Shown here one piece after another: positions 28,046 through 36,700 of a stretch of 40,813 nucleotides of DNA (position 1 is the first letter of the stretch; each line of letters opens with the position of its first letter). The stretch is from a virus (Duplodnaviria; Caudoviricetes). The DNA lies in the IMG/VR virus record IMGVR_UViG_3300043447_000352, positions 1 to 40,813 of that record; one strand, given 5' to 3'. The notes beneath the pieces are model-generated. The model was not told the DNA's origin. It ran no database searches and saw only the letters and a program-made list of their open reading frames with translations. The translations under genes were made by a program, and so were the position numbers.

Positions 28046-28050
28046 GATTA

Positions 28051-28236
28051 TTACTCCTCTACAGAGGTCTCTTCTGCCTTAATCTCTATTACTTCTTCAA
28101 CTACTACTGGCTCTACTACCACTGGCTCTACCTTAGGGGTAGGCGCAGCAACACGAGGAGCGGGAGTAGCCTTCTTTACCTTAGGCTTCTCAGCACCCAG
28201 CATGTCCTGGGCACGGAAGTTAGTCTGAATAGACAT
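28051..28236 (-). CDS. Small low-complexity protein
   Basis: 61 aa; TNFRAQDM followed by Lys/Pro/Val/Glu-rich tail; AGAAAG RBS. Confidence 0.7.
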   Translation of the reverse strand: MSIQTNFRAQDMLGAEKPKVKKATPAPRVAAPTPKVEPVVVEPVVVEEVIEIKAEETSVEE

Positions 28237-28251
28237 ATTTTCTTCTCTTTC

Positions 28252-29364
28252 TTAGTACATCTTGATCTGGAGGTTTCCAGAAGCAAGTTCGACCAGGCTC
28301 TCTACGCCATCTTCGGTTTGAGAAGCGTAAAGTGTCCAGGTTCCTGGGTCCACCATTCCTAGCGCTGATTTTGCTTTAGCGTAAGAGATAGTGAAATCTA
28401 GTTTTTCATCCTCGTAATCGAGAACAACAGACGAAGACTCTAGAGTGGATGATGAAGACTCTCCATAGTTTCTTAGAATGACCTTAGGTGACCAGTCACT
28501 GTTCTGCGGGAAGAAGTTACTCAGATCGGTACCGCTGCCAGTTGAAGTCCAGCTTATCGATCCGTCAATAGCGGATAGAGATAAATCAAAGTCGCCATCT
28601 AGAGTTAGTTTTAATGGCTTAGGTACGTATTTACGTGCACGAGGAGTATCAACCGAGAATACCTTTGACTTACGACGAGCATTGTCTGGGTTTACCACCT
28701 TTAGGAACAAGTCGATCTCGTAAAGGCCGGTACGAAGCTCCTCGATGAACTCCTGGTTATCGAGAATGGTGTAGGAAACACCCTGGCGTGATACAGAGGT
28801 GACACGCTGAGGAAGCTCGCACATCTCATCGCCAGCCCAAAGTCGAGCAAACTCGATGGCTAGCTTACGGGCTGCCATCTTGCCAGCAGTCGGAACTGGA
28901 ATGCCGTAGGCATAAGTAATCTCGACGTTGCAAGGAGTCCAAGGGGTGCCGGCTTTGATGTGGATAGTTGAGTGGTCAACTAGGTAGTAGCTGCTAGGGT
29001 CTAGTATTTCTCCATTTTTGTTTCTCATGGAGATAATTTTTGTTACTGGTCGTCCTCGGAGCCTGATTCGAGCGTCGGGAGATAACCCGTCAGCAACCAG
29101 CTCAGAATATTCGTCATAGTCTCCAGACGGAATATTGTATACGTCACCGCCAAAAAGTACAGGACTATTAGTGCGATCAGAAGGGCCCATTCGATTATTG
29201 CGAAGGGTACAGGTGTAACGCTCGGTGACAATGGTTTCTCCAGTGTATTTACGGCCTGACATAGCCCAGAGTAGGTTCGATGCCACCTGAGCCGCTTCTA
29301 GAGTGAACTCGGTGTATGCATAGTCTCCCATTTCTTCAGGGAGAATCCATAAGTTGCTTGTCAT
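28252..29364 (-). CDS. Head-to-tail adaptor with C-terminal beta-sandwich extension
   Basis: ASNLLWAMSGR, VEITYAYGIPVP, CELPQRVTSVSRQGVS, TGLYEIDLFL..VNP; about 120-aa extra C-terminal domain. Confidence 0.78.
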   Translation of the reverse strand: MTSNLWILPEEMGDYAYTEFTLEAAQVASNLLWAMSGRKYTGETIVTERYTCTLRNNRMGPSDRTNSPVLFGGDVYNIPSGDYDEYSELVADGLSPDARIRLRGRPVTKIISMRNKNGEILDPSSYYLVDHSTIHIKAGTPWTPCNVEITYAYGIPVPTAGKMAARKLAIEFARLWAGDEMCELPQRVTSVSRQGVSYTILDNQEFIEELRTGLYEIDLFLKVVNPDNARRKSKVFSVDTPRARKYVPKPLKLTLDGDFDLSLSAIDGSISWTSTGSGTDLSNFFPQNSDWSPKVILRNYGESSSSTLESSSVVLDYEDEKLDFTISYAKAKSALGMVDPGTWTLYASQTEDGVESLVELASGNLQIKMY

Positions 29365-29385
29365 GTAAGTACCTCTTTATAAGTT

Positions 29386-29430
29386 TAACGGGTGGCAGCC
29401 TAAGCTAATTGCTCAAGCCACCACCCGTTA
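29386..29430 (-). terminator. 20-bp stem-loop after the major tail gene (terminator or processing site)
   Basis: TAACGGGTGGTGGCTTGAGC-AATTA-GCTTAGGCTGCCACCCGTTA, fully paired with four G-U pairs; no U-tract. Confidence 0.7.
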
Positions 29431-29441
29431 CTTTCTAGTGA

Positions 29442-30563
29442 TTAGCTAGGGTTTTCGTTCGATGCAATGATGTTATCGATAACGTTGTCAGCGTTGTAGC
29501 CAAGGCTTCCAGGAACGTTGTAGGTGTCTCCGCCAGCGCCCAGAGTGGTTACTGGGGTGTAGGCAGGAGCTTCTGGGTTCTTAGAGTTGGTTACAATCAC
29601 CTTAGCTGCACGAGCAGCCGAGTTAGGGCTCTGAGCTGTAGCAATGTCAGTAGTAATAGCGCTGTTGACGAAGTTTACAGTGTTACCAGATGCACCTGAC
29701 ACTACCTGGTTGCCGTTTAGAGCAGCAGATACGTTAGATACGGTAATCACGTCGCCAGCAACTAGACCAGGAGCTGCACTGAAGACCAGGCTACCCTGGG
29801 TGCCAGATGCAGTTGCGTAGTAGCTATCTAGAGTGATTGCGCTTGGGTCAGAAACAGTTGAAGATGTGAATACAACTGGGCCAGAGCCATCAGTCCAAGT
29901 GTAGAATCCGTTTAGACCGGTTGGAGCCCAGTCGGTACGTGCGTAAGCGTATGGGCGCTCTGCAGCAACCGGGAACTCCCAGCGGCCGTCTAGACCTGAC
30001 TTGAAGTTATCGTTTCCAAGACCGTAGCCTTCGAAGGTGTTAGCCATTAGACCGTTTTCAATTACACGGTCGCCAGACTGACGCATCTTTACAAATGGGA
30101 AGATCCAGTGGAAGTATGGCAATACGCCAGCCTTCTTACCGTCCTTGATAGCGTGTGACCAAACCTCGATGGCAACACCGTTACCAGCAGGGTCATCGCC
30201 TACGCCAGGAGCAGCCCAACCGATTGACTTGTGGTTAGGGTCCTGAGTGGTTCCTAGGTTCTTGCGAAGCAATAGTCCACCAGAGATCAGAGCAGAAAGC
30301 TCTGGGTCTGGCTCACAGATTGCAAGTTCCATGGTGATACGCTTTAGGGTGTCTGGAGCCTTGTATGTTACACATACAACGCCGTTTGCACCCTTCTCGG
30401 TGATTTCGTCGCCCTCTTCATATTCAGGGGTAAACGAAACACGCATAAAGGCTGAAGTGGTGTACGAGTCACCAGCTCCGCCCATTAGGTTTCCAGCAGC
30501 ATCTAGGCGGGTGACACGGATTGACACACCCTGAATGCTGGCTGCATATTCTTGAGTAGCCAT
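29442..30563 (-). CDS. Major tail (tube) protein with C-terminal accessory domain
   Basis: IRVTRLDAAG, EYEEGDEITEKGANG..C, CEPDPEL, AIEVWS, YFHWIFP; Ser/Thr-rich C-terminal extension. Confidence 0.85.
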   Translation of the reverse strand: MATQEYAASIQGVSIRVTRLDAAGNLMGGAGDSYTTSAFMRVSFTPEYEEGDEITEKGANGVVCVTYKAPDTLKRITMELAICEPDPELSALISGGLLLRKNLGTTQDPNHKSIGWAAPGVGDDPAGNGVAIEVWSHAIKDGKKAGVLPYFHWIFPFVKMRQSGDRVIENGLMANTFEGYGLGNDNFKSGLDGRWEFPVAAERPYAYARTDWAPTGLNGFYTWTDGSGPVVFTSSTVSDPSAITLDSYYATASGTQGSLVFSAAPGLVAGDVITVSNVSAALNGNQVVSGASGNTVNFVNSAITTDIATAQSPNSAARAAKVIVTNSKNPEAPAYTPVTTLGAGGDTYNVPGSLGYNADNVIDNIIASNENPS

Positions 30564-30587
30564 CTAGCTATTCTCCTTATTGATTGG

Positions 30588-31463
30588 TTAAGCTGTTAGA
30601 TCTACTCTGACAGCTAGGTGGATGGATGTGTCAAAGTAAACCGCAGCTGGGCGGATTGCCTTGAGACGCATGTCATTCTGATTTCCCGACACGTCATAAG
30701 CTTGCGCTAGGTTGTCGTTCACGACATCAACATCGCCCACGTATGTGCGGACGGTGCCGGTGGCGTAAATCCATTTGTTAGTGGCTGACGCTTCTGCGTT
30801 GTCGTCACCATCAGGACCGGTACCAGAGTATCCAGATCCTACGATTACAGGAGTACCGCCCATGGTCTGTAGGTGGTCAACTTCCTTGTTGTGGAAAAGC
30901 ATCTGGCTATTGCTAGATAGTAGAGCCGCAACATCGCGGGTCATGTGAATGAGACCCTGCTCGCCGCAGTCTGACATCTCGCCGATGCCCTGCTCTAGGA
31001 CTGCAAGTGCGCGTCTAGGTGATAGTGCTGCACCCGAGTTCAAAATAGTTACTGTAGCGGAGGTTAGAGCCTTGTTGTCGTGGCCCTCGCCCTTACGGAC
31101 TACGCCATCCCAGAGCTCTTGCTCCATAGCATGCTGTGTTACGCCTTCAAGCTGGCGTGATAGTCGGGCAATTCGGTCAAGTCCAAGAAAACCCAGGCCA
31201 GAGCGTAGTTCTTCCGCTTCAATGAACCAAGGCTTGATTTCGTCGTAGTAGTTTGGGGTGCCGGCTACGACAACTGCATCGTCAGTAGAGTCGGTGTCAT
31301 CCCAATTAGTGGCTGAGTAAAGTTCTGTCTCCCACTCCTGTGAGAAACCGCGGATCCAGCGATCTTCATCTGCTGAATTTTCTGGCTTGACTACAGCAAG
31401 TAGGCCAAAAGCGGAGGGCACGATTGCTGGTGCCTCTACTACGCCGTTATTTGGAAAAGCCAT
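30588..31463 (-). CDS. Second capsid protein (Rosebush-type pentamer protein)
   Basis: 291 aa directly after the major capsid gene; FGLLAV, LWDG, GLIHM, TMGGTPVIVGSGY, WIYATG. Confidence 0.7.
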   Translation of the reverse strand: MAFPNNGVVEAPAIVPSAFGLLAVVKPENSADEDRWIRGFSQEWETELYSATNWDDTDSTDDAVVVAGTPNYYDEIKPWFIEAEELRSGLGFLGLDRIARLSRQLEGVTQHAMEQELWDGVVRKGEGHDNKALTSATVTILNSGAALSPRRALAVLEQGIGEMSDCGEQGLIHMTRDVAALLSSNSQMLFHNKEVDHLQTMGGTPVIVGSGYSGTGPDGDDNAEASATNKWIYATGTVRTYVGDVDVVNDNLAQAYDVSGNQNDMRLKAIRPAAVYFDTSIHLAVRVDLTA

Positions 31464-31498
31464 TATAATCCTCGCTTAAAAAAGTTTTAGGGGGTGGG

Positions 31499-31526
31499 AG
31501 CCCCCCGGCCCGAAGACCGGGGAGCC
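31499..31526 (-). terminator. GC-rich hairpin with C(UUCG)G loop between the capsid genes
   Basis: GGCTCCCCGGTC-TTCG-GGCCGGGGGGCT; U-run displaced about 15 nt downstream. Confidence 0.75.
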
Positions 31527-31544
31527 GCCCTATTTAGTTATGGT

Positions 31545-33626
31545 TTAGAGCTCGATTGCAGCTGCAGTAGCGCCACCAGTGGTGTCGCGAAGAGCAGCAG
31601 CCACACCGTTGATGTTAACGGTCTGGGTGATTGCTAGAGACTCGATGCCAACCTTTGCAACGCCTTCGAAGGTCTCAACGAACATCTTGTAGTCGTTGGT
31701 TCCAACAAGTGACGAGTCACGGATGATACCTAGGTCTAGAGTACCGCCGTCGAGGAACAAGAATGTACCCTCGGCGAATAGGTGCCAGACGAATGAGTCT
31801 GGGAACTCTAGTAGACCAGTTGCGCCCTGAGAACCGAATACGGTCATGTCAGGAGAAGCAACTAGCGATACGTTTAGCTGAGCTAGGTAACCCTCGATCT
31901 CTGCGCGAGATACAGATAGGTTGCCATCGCCTGGCATGTTTAGCGCCAAGTCAGCAGCCATTGCATCGTATACCCAGTCAGGAATAATAGCCTTTAGCTG
32001 GGTGGTCTGAGCAATGCGGTGACGTGAACGGTAAGCAACAGCAGCCTTGCGAACAGCTACCAAGAAGTCGCGACCAAAACCGATTAGGGTTCCAGCGGTA
32101 ACTGCAGTACCTGCAGCAGCGATCTTAGCTACGATGTTCTGCTCTGCCTCACGGGCGTGCTGTACAAGAGCTAGCTCGTTGTGGCGAGCAATTAGTTCTG
32201 GGTAAGCGCGGGTCATGAGGTTACCGAACTGTAGCTGTAGGGTTACAGCGTCAGTTACGGCGGTGTTCTCCTGAGCTGCAGAAACAGTTAGAGAGGTCTT
32301 GCTCGAAGGAGAAGGAGTCTCAGCTGAGTCGTTTGCAGCAGTCCATACGCCAACAGCGTCAGCATAGGTACCAGCAGCAAAGCTTGGAGCGGTTACGAAG
32401 CGGATACCGCCACGGTCAGCCTGGAAACGTGGCAATGAGTCACGAACTGGGCGGTTGGTGGTTGAACCGATACCGAAGATGTCATACTTGACCTCTACCG
32501 GAGCTGCGTGGCCACCAGAAGCAACAAGTGCCTGCTGACCTACAACTGCGTCGATCTTCGCAGAGTTAGCTTCTGCGTCGGTACCTAGGAAGCGAGCTTC
32601 TGGGTACTGGGTCGAGAAAGAAGCAACAATGTGCTGCTCTCCGTCGCCACCGTTTACACGGCGTAGTGAGTGCAGGCGCTTCTCCATTAGAGAAGACACC
32701 TCGTTTAGTGATGCGATTGGGCTTCCCGCGCTGTAACCAGGGATGTCAGCGCCAGCAGTGATTGCTACTGGTGCCTCTGTTACCTGAACTACAGGCTGAC
32801 GGTCAGCTGGGGCCTCGAAAGGCTGTTCTGCTGCAGCGGTCACTGCCTGCTCCTTCTGCTCTTCTACAAGAGCGGTTGATGTTTCAATAGTTTCGTCTGA
32901 AGAAAGCTCAGCAGCTTCTTCAACTTCAGCAACTGCTTCCGCAGTCTCCTCTGTTGAAAGCTCTGTTACTTCTTCGGTTGGGGTTGATAGTTCAGATCCA
33001 TTTTCCTGATCAATTGATGCTTCTGTAGCTTCGATAGCCTCGACAACAGTTTCTTCAACTGCGGCCTCAGCCTCGACTGGCGCGTCAACAACGTCCTCAA
33101 CAGGGGCCTCTACCTCTTCGGTAGAAAGTTCTGCTTCAGGGGCTGAAACTTCTTCAACAACTTCGGTAGCTAGTTCTTCGTCAGATGCAGATGCCTTGAT
33201 GGCTTCCTCTTCTTCCTTCTCTTCTTCCTCAGCTGGGGTTTCTGTTTCTACCTCTTCAGTTTCAGGAGCTTCTTCGGCGGTTGCGTCCTCAACAGGGGCA
33301 ACATCCTCGGTTACTTCTTCAACTACGGGCTCGTCTTCGTTCATAGCCATTGCTTCTCTCTCATCGTCAACGAGTCCCTTAACACGGGCAGTTGCTTCTG
33401 CGGCTTTAGCAGCCAGTTCAGCTGCCATAGCCTCGCGGTTTGATAGTTCACCGCGAACGATGTCAAGAGAGTCGGCTAGCGACGTCATAGCATCAACTGT
33501 CTCAGGAGATGGGTCTTCACCCTCAACCATTTCAAACTGGCTGATAATATCTGCTTGAAGCTCTGCGAGCTGTTCGTCGCCGAGTTCCGAGATAGTATCA
33601 AGCTGAGTCTTGATTTGGTCGTACAC
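31545..33626 (-). CDS. Major capsid protein (Rosebush-type hexamer protein) with fused acidic scaffold
   Basis: GTG with AGGAGG; Glu-rich N-terminus, LVASGG, RPVRDSLP..ADRGGI, FLFLDGGTLDLGIIRDSSL..NDY..FVETFEG. Confidence 0.9.
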   Translation of the reverse strand: MYDQIKTQLDTISELGDEQLAELQADIISQFEMVEGEDPSPETVDAMTSLADSLDIVRGELSNREAMAAELAAKAAEATARVKGLVDDEREAMAMNEDEPVVEEVTEDVAPVEDATAEEAPETEEVETETPAEEEEKEEEEAIKASASDEELATEVVEEVSAPEAELSTEEVEAPVEDVVDAPVEAEAAVEETVVEAIEATEASIDQENGSELSTPTEEVTELSTEETAEAVAEVEEAAELSSDETIETSTALVEEQKEQAVTAAAEQPFEAPADRQPVVQVTEAPVAITAGADIPGYSAGSPIASLNEVSSLMEKRLHSLRRVNGGDGEQHIVASFSTQYPEARFLGTDAEANSAKIDAVVGQQALVASGGHAAPVEVKYDIFGIGSTTNRPVRDSLPRFQADRGGIRFVTAPSFAAGTYADAVGVWTAANDSAETPSPSSKTSLTVSAAQENTAVTDAVTLQLQFGNLMTRAYPELIARHNELALVQHAREAEQNIVAKIAAAGTAVTAGTLIGFGRDFLVAVRKAAVAYRSRHRIAQTTQLKAIIPDWVYDAMAADLALNMPGDGNLSVSRAEIEGYLAQLNVSLVASPDMTVFGSQGATGLLEFPDSFVWHLFAEGTFLFLDGGTLDLGIIRDSSLVGTNDYKMFVETFEGVAKVGIESLAITQTVNINGVAAALRDTTGGATAAAIEL

Positions 33627-33732
33627 TGTACCTCCTAGGCCAGTTAGTTGCGGGTGCGGATTTACACCCTAATTTACAGTCAAGGCCAAGGGACTCTACG
33701 CAACTTGGCGCGAGGCACTCTACCTACGGATA

Positions 33733-33740
33733 ATTTTACC
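33733..33740 (-). promoter_or_regulatory. Putative promoter (GGTAAAAT) for the major capsid gene
   Basis: Repeated intergenic motif about 105 nt upstream of the GTG. Confidence 0.6.
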
Positions 33741-33747
33741 TTACTTT

Positions 33748-36700
33748 TTAGGTAAGGAGTCGGAGCAGCTTACTCATTTGGGACTGTACTTCACCCTGAG
33801 AGTAGACGTCCGCTCCGGACATGTAAGAGCGCAGGTCTTGCGTAGCAATGTCTGCGTCCTTTTTACCGATCTTTGCCTCTACTCTTGTGATCATCGAATC
33901 GATGAGATCCTTGAGCCCAGTAGGCAGATCGCTAAACTTAATTTTGTCGGCCTCTTTACCGAACGGTAGTGGCAGGTTAGCAATGGTCTTTCCTAGCTCT
34001 CCTGCTGTAAGTCTTACATTCTCTAGGGCCCTAGCATTTAGGGCTCCAGAGTCCAGACGGTCAATCATGCCAAGAAGCTCGGTGCTTGCGTCCACGGAAG
34101 CTGCATAGTCTCCAGCGAAGTCTAAGTTCTCTGCCGCCTCTGCCTTCTCTAGTGCCTTAGCTAGACCGGCAACACCGAGGTTTTGCTTCAATCTAGCTAG
34201 AACAGTGCGGTACTTACCTTTAGCATCGCGAGGCTGGTTTACGCCAGACTCGTACTTGGTTCGACCTTCTTCATCGAACTTATCTTCGACAGTAGTCTTT
34301 CCAGCCTTGATGTCTTCTGCTAGCTTGATCTCTTCTTCAGTCTGCTTGTCAGCTTCTGATTTAGCGTCTTTTAGCTTCTTCAGGTCTGCGTCAGAGATCT
34401 CTTCCGCTTTTGGGGCAGCAGCCACCACCGCCTCTAGCTTTGCACGCATAGCTGCAACAATGCTTTCTGCCTCAGCAGAGTCTGCGTTCTTCCAGTGCTG
34501 CGGGATTAGAACTTCCTGCTTCAGCTTGCGAGCCTGCTTGATGATGTGCTTACGAACTTCACGACGTTCTGAAGCCTTTGCACGGCCATAAGCCTGAATT
34601 GCATTCTTAAGATCTTCTACGTTGCGAATTGGGTAAGCGCCATCTGGCATTGCCTTGCCTTCTTTAGCAAGAGCCATGCGCTCTTCTTCAGGAATCTTAG
34701 CTAGCTCTGTGACGGCTGCAGCAGTCAAGGTCTTCTCGCGAAGCTCTGCTGCGCTAGCAGTTAGGGCCTGCATGTTTGCAGCACGAAGCGCCTTCTTTGC
34801 TTCCTTTACGCGACCCTTTAGGTCAGGAGCACTGGCAGCTAGTTCGCCTAGCATTTCTGCCTTGGTAGACAGTGCGCAGGCTACGCCAGAACACTTCATC
34901 ATTGCCATGTAGCTAGCACCAGCTGCAACTAGAGCAAGAACCTTGCCAGAAGCAATCATTGCGCGAGCGGTTGGGAAGCCTGGAACGTTTACCTGGCAAA
35001 TAGCAACAAGTTCTAGAGAACCGTTGATTGGACGCCAGTCACCAGAAGGAGCAGAAGCGCGAAGTGCACGAATCTGAAGCTCGTCTAGGTTCGGACGTAG
35101 GGATCCAGCGCACCAGATGCCGTACTCGTCTTCTCCAACATGGATATCTGCAACAGCAGATGCTGTGTCGTCATAGTGCTTTGCAGCAGTCATGGCGTCA
35201 ACGTTTAGTGGGGCATGTCCACCAGCAAGAGTTAGCTGACCAACTGGAACATCGTTACCAGCGTCAGTTCTAATTACACCAGTGTGGAAGTAAGCGTACT
35301 TGCTACGTGAACGTGGTGGCTTGGTTGCACGAGGCAGACCAATGTGGTTTACGTTCCATGCAGCAATGTGGCCATAGACTCGACCATCATCAGTAACAGT
35401 GAGAGGAGTCGCCTTGGTTAGTCCAGGGTGCTTAAACCAGTCAGCTGGAGGGGTCATTGGAATTTCCGACTTCAAGAAGCCAGAGGCTGTAATTGGTTCG
35501 ACGTCAGCAAAGTCTTGCATTGACTCTTCGTATACGCCATCTTCTGGGGTCACGTTTTCCTCCTGATCCCCCTCGGCTTGCAGCAAAATAGAGCATTCTT
35601 GGAATGCCGGCTTAGCTACAATTGTAGCAGCCATTACACGGGCCTTATTTATAGTAAGTTTGTCCTTACCAAATTCCTGGCCACCGCCCTCAGACATTTC
35701 CTCTGATTCTGGCTTCTTCTCTTCTTTTGCCTCGAATTGGTCAAGGTCAACAGAGACTCCGCGCAAGAATCCGTAGCGAACTAGTCGCTCAGCTTCGCGG
35801 CCATAAGGTCCGTTATCGAAAACACCATAAGCATTGCCTAGGCCGCCTTCGATACGTTCGATGTAGTCAATTCGACCAACTACAACGGAACCATCGTGGC
35901 CAGCGCCAGTCTTGATCTGCCATAGAAGTGGTACTGGCAAGTCGCGAGTACTGATAGCACCTTCGCGGAACTTGCGTCCATCGCCAGATTCAACTTCCTC
36001 AGGCACAAGCATAGGGATTGTGAAACTAGCACCAGACTCTGCTCTCACAGATGCAACTAGACCAATCTTCTCTCTAGCGTCAGCGGCTAGTGCAGATAGA
36101 CGACTCTTCTCAATTACGGCCTCGGTGAAAGCTTCTTCAGACACATAAAGGTTCTCGACTGCCGTGAAAGATCTATTCTTTCTGCCAGGGTTGAGCTTGC
36201 TTCCGGTGTAAAGTCCAGTCGCATCCTTGTGGCGTAGCTGGCAGTAGCCCTTAGCGCGTGGTCCCATGTACTTTGAAAGATTACGAACGCAGCGAGTCCA
36301 GTCACCAGGAGTCCCCCAGCGAATCTTGAGGGCACCCTTACCTGTAGTCCAGTAGCGGCGAAGCTCTTCGGCATTGCCGCGATTACGGTCTAGACCGCCT
36401 GCAGCTAGAATAGGCTCTACGACCTTCTCCCAGAATGTCGAGAAGTCGTACCCAGAAGCCTGTACAAGAGCCTTGTCATCTACCTGAAGAAGTACGTCAT
36501 TTAGAACTTCTTGATCTTCTAGCGTGACAACAGGTGGCGGAGAGAAAGATTTTAGATCCATCAAAACCTGAGGGCTTGGAATCCATTTGCCGTCTTGTCG
36601 AACAAAAGTGGCAGGCTCAGTGGATGTCTTGCTTGCAGGTACCAGCGCAACAAGGTCCATGACTGCAGAGTGGTCATCAGGAGATACCAGAGCCAAGTAC

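Noticed and set aside
33627-33747. tRNA in the largest intergenic gap
   Set aside because: No cloverleaf or TTCRA T-loop; treated as a structured mRNA leader instead.
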